A stretch of 64,000 nucleotides of DNA from an uncultured delta proteobacterium (GCA_963803435.1 CAWDML010000007.1:96001-160000), one strand, 5' to 3'. Numbered from the stretch's first letter, positions 36,782 to 47,755 are shown. Notes: generated from the letters alone by a model not told the origin. Numbers and translations: made by a program.

Positions 36782-39618
36782 ATGAAACGGGCGATCCTCC
36801 TCCCGATCGCGATCGGCGTCGGTTGCTCGGGTGACCCGGCCGGCATCGAGAGGCTCGAGCCCTCCCAGACCCGCGTGATCCCGACGCTGGAGGAGCAGGT
36901 CTCGGTGCTGCGGGCCGAGATGAACGTCCCGCACATCTACGCGAAGGATGTGCTCGACCTGCATCGCGCGCAGGGCTTCGTCACGGCGCAGGATCGATAC
37001 GTCCAGATCGAGCTCACCCGCCGATTCGGGGGCGGGACCCTCTCCGAGCTGCTGGGCGAGCTGGGCGTTCCCATCGACGCCACCGCGCGCCAGCAGGGCA
37101 TGCGCGTGGTCGCCGATCGGATCTGGGACGCCGCCAGCCCCGACATCAAGGCGCGCTTCGAGGCCTACGCCGAGGGGATCAACGCGTACATCGTCGCCGT
37201 GCAGCGCGGGCAGCTCCCCGTCCCCGAGGAGATCGACATCGTGGGCGGTCTGCTGAAGCTCGATCGACCGGCGGACGCCATGCAACCGCTGATCGGCTAC
37301 GACGTCGCGGCGGTGGCCGCGGTCCTGATGAGCCGCCTCGGCTACGAGAACACCGATCTCATGCGCCAGGAGATCGCCGATCGGTTGGCGTCGCTCGCGC
37401 TGCCCGACCTGGCCAGGCGCGGGATGATCGAGGACGCGTTCCTGGCGGTCCGGCCGGTCTACGATCTGGTGCAGACCAGGCCCGGCGAGTCCACGAGCCG
37501 CCTCACCCCCGGGCGCACCGCCCGCCTGCGATCGATCGGTGTGGAGCGCTCGATGCTGTCGCGCCTGGTCGCGCGCACGAACGGTTACCTCGAGGCGCTC
37601 GGCAAGCCGCGCAAGTCCGACTTCGGCTCCAACTCCTGGGCCGTCACGAAGGCCGCCACCGGCGGACACGGGGCCATCCTCTCCAACGACGGCCACCTCC
37701 CGCTGACCGTGCCCTCGCTCTTCTACCAGACGTGCCTCGACGCCGAGTACTTCGGCGATCAGGACACGCACGTCTGCGGCCTGTTCTTCCCCGGCTTCCC
37801 CTTCCTGGCGGTGGGCACCAACGGCCACGTCGCCTGGGGACAGACGTACCTCGACGCCGACGTGGTCGACTTCTACAAGGAGCAGATCCGGCTCGGCGCC
37901 GACGGCCTCCCGATGGAGAGCCTGTTCCAGGGCGACTGGTACCCGATCGAGCGGATCGACGAGACCTATCGCATCGGCATGGGCGACGACTCCGAGGTGG
38001 TCCCGCGCTTCGTCACGTTCGACGGCCGCTACCTGATCTCGGTGGAGGGCGAGCTCGCCGAGGGCCCGGCACCGGACGCGTTCTTCGCGGTCGGCGACTG
38101 GATCACGCCGGGGACGCCGACCAGAACGGTGTCATCGACGCGATCAGCTTCGACTGGACGGCCTTCGACATCAGCCAGACGATCGCGGCGGTCGACGGCT
38201 TCTCCAAGTCTCGGTCGATCGCCGACTTCAAGGAGCAGACCAAGAAGCTCACCGGCTACGCGCAGAACGTGATCGTCGCGGACGAGCACGGCGACGTGAT
38301 GTACACCGGCTTCCACGCGATGCCCTGCCGCGATCAGCTGGAGAAGGACGGCGACACCTGGGCCGCGGGCGCCAACCCGCTCCAGATCCTCGACGGCACG
38401 CGCTACGGAGGGTTCGACGTGGCCGAAGGTTGTACGGTCCCCTTCGAGGTGGGTCCGCGCTCCGAGTCACCGGCCTCCGGCTACGTGCTCACCGCCAACC
38501 ACGATCCGCTCGGCAACGGCCTCGACGACAACCTCGCCAACGATCAGTGGTACATCGGCGGCCCCTGGTCGGCGGGCTATCGCGCGCACACGATCGACAC
38601 CCGGCTGCGCGAGCTGGTGTCGAGCAAGAGCGCGACCATCGAGGCGATGGCGACGCTGCAGTCGGATCACCGATCCCAGCTCGGCGCCGCCTACGCGCCC
38701 GAGCTGATCGCCGCCGTCGGCAGCTCCACCTCGGCCTCGCCGGCGATGACCGAGGCGGCGTCGCGCCTGCAGGCCTGGATCGATCGCGGGGCCAGCGCCG
38801 AGTCGGGCGTCGACACCTTCTATGCGACCTACGACGCCGACCAGAAGAAGGACGCCGTCGCCACCATGATCTTCAACGCCTGGCTCCGCCGCTTCACCGA
38901 GCTGATCTTCGACGACGAGGGCCAGTTCGTCTTCGCACCCTCGCAGAGCCGCAGCACCTTCCGCACGCTCGACCGCCTGATGAAGAACGATCCCGCACAC
39001 CTCGCCTCCTACGATCCAGCTACCGGCGAGTCGGCGCTCTTCGACATCCAGGGCACGCCGCGCGTCGAGCGCAAGCGCGAGCTGATGCTGACCGCCCTCG
39101 AGGAGGCGCTCGCGGAGCTCGCCTCCTCCCAGCGCTTCGGCACCGCCGACATGGATCGCTGGCTCTGGGGCCTCGTCCACCAGGTCCACTTCGAGCCGCT
39201 CCTCGAGGAGGTCGGCGCCGACAACCCGCTGGTCGGGCTGATCGCATTCAAGTTCGGGCTCACCACCGAGCTGTTGCCGCTCGCGCCCGACCTGCCGCCC
39301 TCCGATCCGCGGGCCGCGCTGGTGCACTTCCCGCGCGACGGTGATTGGTTCGGTGTCGACGCCGCCAACCCCGGCCTCACGCGGAGCGAGTACACGTACT
39401 CCGACGGCCCGGTCATGCGCATGGTGATCCAGCTCGACGACGGCGAGGTGCACGGCCAGAACATCCTCCCCGGTGGACAGTCGGGGCTCATCGGCAATCC
39501 GCACTTCTACGATCAGGCGGCCCTCTGGCTGGGCAACCAGACCATCCCGCTCCGGTACAGCGCCGAGGAGGCCGCCGAGGGCGCGGTCGCGCGGGAGATC
39601 TTCGTGCGAGAGAGATAG
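36782..39618 (+). CDS. Penicillin acylase family (Ntn-hydrolase) lipoprotein; frameshift near 38112
   Basis: Lipobox GVGC, VPHIYA, QGFVTAQDR, GSNSWAV (beta-chain Ser), NDGHL, ANHDP and PGGQSG...HFYDQAALW. Confidence 0.9.
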
Positions 39619-39638
39619 CGTTGACGCGGCCCCTCTCC

Positions 39639-41150
39639 ATGCGCCCGGCGGCGCTCGTTCGGGAGCACCGGGCGTTCCTGCTCCTCGTGCTGATCGCGAG
39701 CGGGCTCCGGATCACGCACTTTCTCGTCCGGGGCGCGCTCTGGGGAGACGAGGCCGCCCTCGCGATCAACATCTCACCGCGCTCGTTCTCCGAGCTCACC
39801 CAGCCGCTCGTGCTGTTCCAGGTCTGCCCGCTCGGCTTCCTGGCCCTCGCGAAGCTGGGCACGACGCTCTTCGGCGAGAGCGAGCGGTCTCTTCGACTGG
39901 TGTCGCTCTGCTCGGGGATCTGCGTCCCGCCGCTGGTCTATCTGGCCGCCGGCCGCGCGATCGGGCGGCGCACCGGGCTGATCGCGCTGGGGCTGATCGC
40001 GGTCCTGCCGTGGATGATCTACTACGCGTCGGAGCTCAAGCCCTACGCCACCGATGCGGCGATGGCCGCGGCCGCGATCGCGCTGGTGGCGCTGCTCCTC
40101 GACACCCCCGACGACCGGAGGCTTCGCGCCGGCCTCGCGCTGCTCGGGCTGGCCGGCGTCGCCGTCTCGATCCCCTTCATCTTCGTCTTCGCCGGCGGGA
40201 TCCTGGCGCTCGCGCTCGACGAGCTGGAACGGCGCCGCAGGTTCCGGCGCCTGCTCGAGCTGACCTCTACGGCCGCGGTGGTCTCGAGCGCATTTCTCCT
40301 CCACCTGGTGCGCTTTCTGGGCCGGAGCACCGGCGCCCAGAGCCGCAGCGTGAACGACTTCTGGGAGGAGGGCTTCTTCCCCTTCCCACCGCACAACCTC
40401 GCCGAGCTGCGCTGGCTGCCCGGGAAGTTCTTCTACGCGTTCGTCGAGCCGGGCGGCTTCTACGCCCGGTATCTCGCGGGCGCGCTCTTCCTCTTCGGCC
40501 TCGTGGTGATCGGCCGCCGGAGGCGAGCCTTCGCCGCCGCGCTCGTCGCTCCCCTCCTCCTCCTGCTCATCGCCTCCGCGCTCGGTCGCTACCCGGCGCT
40601 CGCTCGTCTGATCCTGTTCACCGTCCCGATCATGGTCATCGGCATCGCCTCCGCGCTCGGCTGGCTCTGGGAACGCTCGGCGACGACGCGCGGGCTGGCG
40701 GTCGCGATGGGCGGCCTGCTCCTGGTGCAGACCTTCACCCAGGCGCCGCGCCTGCTGATCCCGTCCGGCGCGCCGGACACCGCCGACTTCGCGCGCCGCC
40801 TGAACGTCGAGCTCCGCCCCACCGACGGCCTGTTCGTCGACGACGATCTCGAGTGGAGCTTCAAATACTATCGGTGGCGATACTCGTTGGCCGTCGCGCC
40901 GATCGACACCTCGCCGTCCCCGCCGGAGTACCCGAAGGTCGTCGGCACCGACCAGGCCTACCTGCACCAGCTCGATCCGTTGTTCGGGAAGGATCGGGTC
41001 TGGCTGGTCCTCTCCGACTTCGAGCGTCCCGGCCGCGGCGCCAGCTACGACGCCTTCGTCACCGACTACGTCGAGCGGCACGGGGGGCGTGCCCTCGAGC
41101 GAGTGCGCGGAAACGGCGTGTCGCTGGCGCTCTATGATCTCTCACGGTGA
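39639..41150 (+). CDS. GT-C fold glycosyltransferase (ArnT/PMT/GT39-like)
   Basis: LWGDEA acidic motif after TM1, PLGF, GESERSLRL, YASELKPY and about 12 TMs. Confidence 0.8.
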   Translation: MRPAALVREHRAFLLLVLIASGLRITHFLVRGALWGDEAALAINISPRSFSELTQPLVLFQVCPLGFLALAKLGTTLFGESERSLRLVSLCSGICVPPLVYLAAGRAIGRRTGLIALGLIAVLPWMIYYASELKPYATDAAMAAAAIALVALLLDTPDDRRLRAGLALLGLAGVAVSIPFIFVFAGGILALALDELERRRRFRRLLELTSTAAVVSSAFLLHLVRFLGRSTGAQSRSVNDFWEEGFFPFPPHNLAELRWLPGKFFYAFVEPGGFYARYLAGALFLFGLVVIGRRRRAFAAALVAPLLLLLIASALGRYPALARLILFTVPIMVIGIASALGWLWERSATTRGLAVAMGGLLLVQTFTQAPRLLIPSGAPDTADFARRLNVELRPTDGLFVDDDLEWSFKYYRWRYSLAVAPIDTSPSPPEYPKVVGTDQAYLHQLDPLFGKDRVWLVLSDFERPGRGASYDAFVTDYVERHGGRALERVRGNGVSLALYDLSR

Positions 41151-41168
41151 CGTGCCGAAATACCTACG

Positions 41169-42002
41169 ATGAGCCTCCAAGAGCAGCTGGCGGAGCGGAC
41201 GGCCTCGGCGCGGGCCTCCGGTCACCTCGAGTCGATCCCCACGCACCACCGGACCTTCGAGCGCGACGGCGTGCGCTGGGTGATCCGGATGGCGGCCGAG
41301 CTGGTGAAGAAGAAGCGGAAGGTGACCAGCGCGCCGCTCAACCCGTTCCTCCCCTACGATCCCGAGCTCTACGTCTCCGACGCCGGCGACCACCACGTGT
41401 ACCTCCTCAACAAGTTCAACGTGGTGGACCATCACCTCCTGATCGTGACGCGCCACTTCGAGGATCAGCGCGCGCTCCTCACCGAGAGCGACTTCGCCGC
41501 GCTCGACGCCTGCCTCCAGGAGATCGACGGCCTCGCCTTCTACAACGCGGGTCGGGCGGCCGGCGCCTCCCAGAAGCACAAGCACCTCCAGCTGGTCCCG
41601 CGGGTCGATCCAGAGGTCGAAGGCGTTCCGATCGAGCCCCTGCTCGAGCGCCTCCCTTTCCTCTTCGCGACCGAGCGCCGCGTGAGCGGCGCGAGCGATC
41701 TGTTCGCCCGCTACCGCGCGATGATGCAGAGGCTCGAGGTGGATCCGCGGGCGCGCGAGGCCATCCGGACGGAGGCGCGGGAGCCGCCGCTCGAGGGCCC
41801 GGGCGAGCGGCAGCCGTTTCCTTACGATCTGCTGATGACACGCCGGTGGCTCCTGATCGTCCCCCGCACCGAGGAGTCGGTGGGCGGGATCCAGATCAAC
41901 AGCCTCGGCTACTCGGGAGCGTTCCTCGCCAAGACCGACGAGGAGCGCCGCCGCATCGAGGCCGATCCGCTGGAGCTCCTCGCACGCGCGGCCGCGCGAT
42001 GA
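41169..42002 (+). CDS. ATP adenylyltransferase / Ap4A phosphorylase (Apa2-like)
   Basis: NPFLPYD, LLNKFNVVDHHLLIVT, FYNAG..AGASQKHKHLQ (HxHxQ) and INSLGYSG. Confidence 0.92.
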   Translation: MSLQEQLAERTASARASGHLESIPTHHRTFERDGVRWVIRMAAELVKKKRKVTSAPLNPFLPYDPELYVSDAGDHHVYLLNKFNVVDHHLLIVTRHFEDQRALLTESDFAALDACLQEIDGLAFYNAGRAAGASQKHKHLQLVPRVDPEVEGVPIEPLLERLPFLFATERRVSGASDLFARYRAMMQRLEVDPRAREAIRTEAREPPLEGPGERQPFPYDLLMTRRWLLIVPRTEESVGGIQINSLGYSGAFLAKTDEERRRIEADPLELLARAAAR

Positions 42003-42167
42003 TCTGCACTACTCGGCACTCGCGACGAGCTCGCAGTCGTCGTGCACGACCTCGCAGCCACGGTGCCTGATCTTGCTGTCGGCTAGCACCTGCAGGCTGC
42101 GAGCCCCAGCGGTTGCCCGAACACCAAAGGTCGTCCATCTTGTCACGCTTCTCTTGGAGCCAGTCTC

Positions 42168-43478
42168 CTAGAACGTGGTGGTGTAGACGAAGTCGTCGGT
42201 CGAGTGCGAATGACAGTCGACACACACCGAGAACCCGCGGCCCTCGGCCGCCACTGCGCCGTCGGCGTACTCGTACCAGTAGTAGCCGTTCCCGGCGGCG
42301 CTGTCGGCGTCCACCTTCACCAGGACGGCCCAGCCGATCCGATCGGTGCCGCGGAAGATCTCCTTCACTGAAGCGCTCCCGATCGGGTGCGACGCGTCGC
42401 CGCGGGAGATGCTCTCGGTGAGGATCGCGTTCGCGAACGTGCGCACGGTGCCGTGCGGGCCGGTGGAGGGATGCGGCGCCGGCTCGGCGGCGAAGCGCGC
42501 GTACTTGCCTGCCTGGAGGAACGCCAGGAGGTCGTCGGGGTTCGAGGGCACGGGCGACTCGCTCGGCTCGGCGCCGATCTCCGCGACGGGGCAGTTCACC
42601 GTGGCCACGTTCATGCCGATGACGTTCGCGGCCTCCGCCGTCGCCAGATCGCGAACGCCGTCGAAGTCGGCGCGGTCGATCACGTTGACCGACCACAGGG
42701 GCGAGTAGGCATCGTCGTCGGGCAGCGTGGCGAGCACGTTGTGGGTCTGCTCGGTGCCCATCTCGGTGGGAAAGCCGGAGGGCGGCCCGCCGTTCGGCTG
42801 GTCGGGGTTGACGTTGAAGATGACGTAGATCGGAGACAGCGGCGCGGCCGTGCCGGAGAGCGCGTGCTCCTCGAACGTGAAGTAGCGGACCGTCATGCCG
42901 CGGAACCAGCCGGTCATCAGCGCGCTCGAGCCGCCGCCGATCCGGCGCGTCGCGGTCGAGCCCTCGGGCGCCACCGGGCAGTTGACGATCATGCTCGTCT
43001 CCTCGATCGGGTAGCCGGCCGCCTGGATCTCACCGAAGCTGGCGATCGTGTTGGCGACGTAATCGTCCGGGACCGTCACCTTGTTCACCCTCCAGAAGTC
43101 GCTGTAGCCCGCCTGGCCGGGGATGACGTCGATGACGTTGAGCTGGCCGTCGAGCGGCTTGCTCGCGCCCCCGCGGAAGAAGACGTAGATCGGGGAAGGC
43201 AAGGCCGGCTGAACGTCGAAGTTGTAGTACACGACCGACTCGCCGCCGGGACCGAAGCCGCGGCTGACGAACGGCGCCCGATCGAAGTCGACGGGCGCGT
43301 TGGGGCCCGGGAGCCCGTTCTGATCGGTCCGCACCATCAGCATGGCTGCGGCCGAGCTGAAGCGGTCCACCGACACCTTGGGGGCAGTGGCCGGATAGTC
43401 GATCTCGAGCATCTTGCCGTCGCCGCCGCAGGCGGCCAGCGCGAGCATCGTGGCGAGGGAGAGAGAGAAGAATCGCAT
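42168..43478 (-). CDS. Lipoprotein with two internal repeat domains and a C-terminal cytochrome P460-like c-heme domain
   Basis: SD GGAGG; lipobox LAAC; two repeats sharing SPIYV..F / NV...P....YS..W.VN / VNCPV; C-terminal SVKE, WAVLVK, YWYEY and CVDCH. Confidence 0.7.
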   Translation of the reverse strand: MRFFSLSLATMLALAACGGDGKMLEIDYPATAPKVSVDRFSSAAAMLMVRTDQNGLPGPNAPVDFDRAPFVSRGFGPGGESVVYYNFDVQPALPSPIYVFFRGGASKPLDGQLNVIDVIPGQAGYSDFWRVNKVTVPDDYVANTIASFGEIQAAGYPIEETSMIVNCPVAPEGSTATRRIGGGSSALMTGWFRGMTVRYFTFEEHALSGTAAPLSPIYVIFNVNPDQPNGGPPSGFPTEMGTEQTHNVLATLPDDDAYSPLWSVNVIDRADFDGVRDLATAEAANVIGMNVATVNCPVAEIGAEPSESPVPSNPDDLLAFLQAGKYARFAAEPAPHPSTGPHGTVRTFANAILTESISRGDASHPIGSASVKEIFRGTDRIGWAVLVKVDADSAAGNGYYWYEYADGAVAAEGRGFSVCVDCHSHSTDDFVYTTTF

Positions 43479-43519
43479 GTAGGGAGGTCCTCCGCGCGGG
43501 ATACGGCCTCTCCAATCAT

Positions 43520-43565
43520 CCATTACATCGATGCTATGAATTGATTTACATTCACACTATGAATG
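43520..43565. promoter_or_regulatory. AT-rich divergent intergenic segment with probable LysR-type binding sites
   Basis: Repeated TTACA...CTATGAAT between the divergent lipoprotein and LysR genes; AT-rich in a high-GC background. Confidence 0.4.
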
Positions 43566-44554
43566 GAACCAGACGGGCCCTGCGGAACGTCGATCTCAAC
43601 CTGCTCCTCGCGTTCGAGGCGCTGGTCGACGAAGGCAGCGTGACCCGGGCGGCGCAGCGCATCCGCATCACGCAGCCCGCCATGAGCAACGCGCTCAAGC
43701 GGCTTCGCGAGACCATCGGCGACCCGCTCTTCATCCGCGACGGCCGATCGCTGGTGACCACCGCCCGCGCGCGCGAGCTCGCGCCGATCGTCCGGCGTAC
43801 GCTCAATCTCCTCGACGGCGCGCTCTTCAACCCGGAGCCCTTCGATCCGGGGAAGGCCGAAGGGATCGTCCGGCTGGGCCTCAGCGACTACTGGCACTTC
43901 GCGCTGCTCCCCAGCCTGCTCGCGCTCCTCGAGCAGCGCGCACCCGGAGTCTCGCTCGAGGTCACGGACACCGGGCTCGAGGTGCTGCGCGAGGACCTCC
44001 GGTCGGGCAACGTCGACGCTGCCATCTACCTCGCACCCATCTCGCTGCCGGAGCTCCGCTCACGGGTGCTGGTCGACGACGGCTACGCCTGCGTGGTGCA
44101 AAAGCGCCACCCCACGATCAAGAAGCGCATCACGCTCGCCGAGTTCGCCGCCAGCCGCCAGGTGATGGTGGCGCCGCGCGGGCCGTGGGCCGAGCGCATG
44201 TCGAACGCGCTGGCCGGCGCCGGGCTTCACTCGGAGTACATCCTCACCACCACGCACCTGCAGGTGGCGCTCGAGATCGTGGCCCGTACCGACTACCTGA
44301 CCGTGATCCCCAAGCGCATCGCCACGCGGGCGCGGCGCGCCTGGCCGATCCGCGTGCTCCCCATGCCGATCGACGCGGGCCGCTTCAGCCTCGCCCTCTA
44401 CTGGCACGAGCGCACCGACGCGGATCCGCTGCAGGCGTGGGTCCGCGATCGCTTCTCGGAGCTGGCCCGCAAGACGTACCTGGATCCGGCGGTCGCTCAG
44501 GCGAACAGGGTGGGGATGTTGCCGCTGACCTCACCGAGCGCGTCGCCGGTGTAG
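43559..44554 (+). CDS. LysR-family transcriptional regulator (NodD/LeuO-like subfamily)
   Basis: DLNLLLAFEALVDEGSVTRAAQRIRITQPAMSNALKRLR...DPLF; C-terminal YWH...DP...W.R. Confidence 0.95.
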   Translation: MNGTRRALRNVDLNLLLAFEALVDEGSVTRAAQRIRITQPAMSNALKRLRETIGDPLFIRDGRSLVTTARARELAPIVRRTLNLLDGALFNPEPFDPGKAEGIVRLGLSDYWHFALLPSLLALLEQRAPGVSLEVTDTGLEVLREDLRSGNVDAAIYLAPISLPELRSRVLVDDGYACVVQKRHPTIKKRITLAEFAASRQVMVAPRGPWAERMSNALAGAGLHSEYILTTTHLQVALEIVARTDYLTVIPKRIATRARRAWPIRVLPMPIDAGRFSLALYWHERTDADPLQAWVRDRFSELARKTYLDPAVAQANRVGMLPLTSPSASPV

Positions 44555-46023
44555 CCGGCCGCCTGCATGGCGCTGATCAGCGCCTGGACCGGGTGCGCCC
44601 CGCCGGTGTCGATGTGGCGGCCCGGGTTCAAGCCGCCGGCCCGACCGCCGATCAACGCCACCATGTTCTCGACCGAGTGCGTCTGGTTGAGGCTGGTGCC
44701 GTCGTTGAGCTGCCGCCCGTGCCCGCCCTCGGGGAGGAAGACGATGGCGCAGCTGTCGAGCAGCGTGCCCGCGCCCTCGGTCGTGGTCTTCAGCTTGTCG
44801 AGCAGGTACGCGTAGTGCGTGACGTGCCACTTCAGCACGGTGCTCACCGCGATCTGCCCGCGGTTGTCGGCGTCGCCGTTGTGCCCGACCTCGTGCTGAT
44901 CGGCCAGGATCGGCGTCCCCAGCATGCTCGTGATGGGGAAGACGTTCATGTGCGACTGAAAGACGGTGATCTGCAGCGTGGCGACACGCGTGAGATCGCA
45001 GACGAAGGCCATGTGGATCAGATCGGCGAGCAGGCGCGCGCGGCGATCCTCGTCGCTGTACCCGGTGTTGGTCGCGATCTCGCTCGAGCCGGAGCCGGCG
45101 TTGTCGCCCCCGATCGAAGGATCGGCCCCGGGATCGGGGAGGATCTGACACGAGCCGCTCGACACCGGCGGCACCGCCTGCACGCGGAGCTCGAGCGCGC
45201 GGATCTCGTCGAAGTGCTGCTCGAGCCGGCGCTTGTCCGCGCCGCCGACCTTGGCGACCAGCGAGGCCCGGCGCCGGCCGATCAGATCGAGCACCGACAG
45301 CCGGGCCCGCTTCCTGAAGTCGAACTGGGCGGCCTCGGCGGCTCCGGTGGGCGTGAACCCTTGGAACAGGCTCTGGAACGCGATCTGCGGGCTCGCCTGG
45401 GCCTCGATGCGATCGCCCGGCCCGCGGTAGGACAGGTACTGGCGCCCGGCGTAGCTGCTCCCCGCCAGATACCAGGAGGGCTGCGCGCGCAGCACCAGCG
45501 AGGCGATCGTCGTTTGCCCCGCGTGCATGTTCGCGACCACCTGGTCGGACGTGATCCCTTCGCAGCGGAAGTCCGGCGACGTCGAGCGCACTCCGCACAA
45601 CAGCGGGCTCTTGCCACCGCCGTGGAAGTCGCGGAAGGCACCGCCCGCGGGCACCGCCGACGGATCCGCGGAGGAGGCGTCGAACGGGATGCGCATGTTG
45701 GAGACGATCGAGAAGTCGCCCTTGAGGTTCGCGAGCGGCTGGAGCGGCGTGGTGATCGTGTAGCCGGCGCCGGTCTCGGCGGGCGCGATGAAGTGCCCCT
45801 GCTCCTGGATGAACTGACCGCCGATGCGGCTCTCGTTCTCGGCCCAGCCGTCGCCGCCGAGCGATTGGCCGGCGAAGACGATCGCGTAGCGTTGGGGGAG
45901 GGGCGCCTGCGACTGGGCGTAGGCGCGGCCGTGGCTGTCGAGCATACACTCGAGGGCCGGGAGACCGACCATGGCGCCGCCGATGCCGCGCAGCACGGTC
46001 CTCCGATCGAGGCGGAGCGCCAT
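44497..46023 (-). CDS. DUF1552 domain-containing Tat-exported protein
   Basis: RRTVLRGIGG..VGLPALECM, TSDQVVA, P..AFQSLF, SVLD, DKRRLEQHFDEIRALE, AFVCDLTRVAT, HEVGH and GTLLD. Confidence 0.9.
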   Translation of the reverse strand: MALRLDRRTVLRGIGGAMVGLPALECMLDSHGRAYAQSQAPLPQRYAIVFAGQSLGGDGWAENESRIGGQFIQEQGHFIAPAETGAGYTITTPLQPLANLKGDFSIVSNMRIPFDASSADPSAVPAGGAFRDFHGGGKSPLLCGVRSTSPDFRCEGITSDQVVANMHAGQTTIASLVLRAQPSWYLAGSSYAGRQYLSYRGPGDRIEAQASPQIAFQSLFQGFTPTGAAEAAQFDFRKRARLSVLDLIGRRRASLVAKVGGADKRRLEQHFDEIRALELRVQAVPPVSSGSCQILPDPGADPSIGGDNAGSGSSEIATNTGYSDEDRRARLLADLIHMAFVCDLTRVATLQITVFQSHMNVFPITSMLGTPILADQHEVGHNGDADNRGQIAVSTVLKWHVTHYAYLLDKLKTTTEGAGTLLDSCAIVFLPEGGHGRQLNDGTSLNQTHSVENMVALIGGRAGGLNPGRHIDTGGAHPVQALISAMQAAGYTGDALGEVSGNIPTLFA

Positions 46024-47678
46024 CACGGCACCTCCTTCTTGAGCGCGAAGGCATCGCTGGCGACATAGTCGAGGACCAGCTGATCGAACTTGTAGCCGCC
46101 GGCCTCGAACGAGGCGATCAAGGCATCGATCGGTTGATCCTCGATCGCCGATGGGCGGCGGCCGATCGAGAAGCGGAAGTACTGCCGAACGGTGCACCTC
46201 TGGATCATGTCGAGCTCGAGTAGCTTCTCGGCGAGGGCCTTGGGTCCGCTGAACTCGCCCAGCCCGTTGGGGAGGTTGCCGATGCCATCGATGGCGCACT
46301 CTTCGTTGTTGTCGTCGTGATCGCGCCATCGCCCGGCGACGTCGTAGTTCTCGAGGCCGAAGCCGATCGGATCCATGCCGCTGTGACAGTTGGCGCAGCT
46401 CGGGAGCTGCTCGTGCATCAGGTAGCGATCCTTCTTGCAGATCGCCTCGGCGCCGCCGCTCGGGGGCTGGTCCACGTCGACGTTCGGCGGCGGACGCGGG
46501 ACCTCCTGACACATGAGCCGCGTCCGGACCAGGATCCCGCGCTGCGTCGGGCTGGTATCGGAGAACTTGCTGAACGCCGATAGGACCGAGCCGTGAGAGA
46601 GGATCCCGGCGCGCTTCGGATCCTGGTAGCGAACCCAGCCGCTCCCGTTCTCGGGGTGCGGCATGCCGTAGTGATCGGCGAGGAAGTCGTCGACGTAGGT
46701 CTCGTCGAGCCGGAACAGGTCGAGGTAGCTCCGCTTCTCGTCGAACACCACGCGATCGATCAGCGCCGTGGTCTCGGAGGCGAACGCGTTCACCAGCTGG
46801 GCCGGGTGCGGGATCGCGCGGTAGCCCAGCCACATCGCGTGGAAGCGGTGGAGCTGCTGCTTGGCGCGGGGATGCGCGAACATCCGGGCTGCCACCTCGC
46901 GGCGACCCGCGCCGGTGTCGAGCTTGCCGGAGGCGGCGTCCGCCATCAGCGCGTCGTCCGGCATGCTGCCCCACAGGAGATAGGAGAGGCGCGCCGCGAC
47001 GGCGAACGCGTCGAGCTTCACCACGCCGGGCGCGGCGGTGGGCGTGCCCCATTCGACGCGGTACAGGAACTCCGGATCCTGGAGCATCGCCTGGATCACC
47101 AGTGAGACCGCCGTGTAGAAGTCGTTGCCGACGTACGCGTTGTCTTCGGTCGCGTAAGCGAGCAGCTCGAGGTACGGCGCCACCTCCTCGGGCGCGAGCG
47201 CGCGGCGGAAGACGCGACGGCCGAAGGCCTCCACGAACGCACGGAAGCAGTCGGTATCCCCGGCGCCCGTAGGTGTACATGGGACGACCGCAGCCCGGCG
47301 CGCCGGATCCGAGATCAGGCGCTCGGCGACGCTCGTCGCCATCACGTCGACGGCGTCGATCAGCGTCTGGGAGGGATCCTGGAGCGCGTAGTCGTTGTCG
47401 TAGGGGCTGTATTCGTCCTCGAGCAGATATTGCGAGGCGGGTCGCCCGGTGTCCCCGACCAGATCCTCCAGCGTGTTGTCTAGCTCGGACTGGGACAGGC
47501 GCGGCAGGATCGACTCGGAGGCGACGTACGGTGTGACCGGCGGCGGAGGGTTCGTGCCGGCGTCCGGCGTGGGCGTGTCGACCGGCGGCGGCTCGATGGC
47601 ACCGCCTCCCCCGATCGATTGTGCCTTGCAGCCGAGGAGCGCAGACAGCGCCCCGATCGTGAGCCAACCCCTGCGCAT
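46023..47678 (-). CDS. DUF1592/DUF1588/DUF1585 (PSD-domain) lipoprotein
   Basis: Lipobox LLGC, RLSQSELDNTLEDL, FGRRVFRR, PEFLYRVE, RLSYLLWGSMPDD, RAGIL, TSPTQRG, CANCH and DPIGFGLENYD. Confidence 0.9.
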   Translation of the reverse strand: MRRGWLTIGALSALLGCKAQSIGGGGAIEPPPVDTPTPDAGTNPPPPVTPYVASESILPRLSQSELDNTLEDLVGDTGRPASQYLLEDEYSPYDNDYALQDPSQTLIDAVDVMATSVAERLISDPARRAAVVPCTPTGAGDTDCFRAFVEAFGRRVFRRALAPEEVAPYLELLAYATEDNAYVGNDFYTAVSLVIQAMLQDPEFLYRVEWGTPTAAPGVVKLDAFAVAARLSYLLWGSMPDDALMADAASGKLDTGAGRREVAARMFAHPRAKQQLHRFHAMWLGYRAIPHPAQLVNAFASETTALIDRVVFDEKRSYLDLFRLDETYVDDFLADHYGMPHPENGSGWVRYQDPKRAGILSHGSVLSAFSKFSDTSPTQRGILVRTRLMCQEVPRPPPNVDVDQPPSGGAEAICKKDRYLMHEQLPSCANCHSGMDPIGFGLENYDVAGRWRDHDDNNEECAIDGIGNLPNGLGEFSGPKALAEKLLELDMIQRCTVRQYFRFSIGRRPSAIEDQPIDALIASFEAGGYKFDQLVLDYVASDAFALKKEVP

Positions 47679-47755
47679 CCGCTCCGGCGATGGTACATCC
47701 AATCCATAGTAAGTATGCATCGTCCGAAGGCGCACATGCCCTCGAAGAGGCCCCG

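Noticed and set aside
38100-38120. Programmed ribosomal frameshifting or phase variation at split genes
   Set aside because: No slippery heptamers or long homopolymers; the indels are scattered across unrelated genes, which fits sequencing error better.
34865-38272. 1135-aa and 980-aa overlapping ORFs suggesting an AsnB-acylase fusion
   Set aside because: asnB (start 36727, minus) and the acylase (start 36782, plus) are divergent genes; the extensions are antisense read-through.
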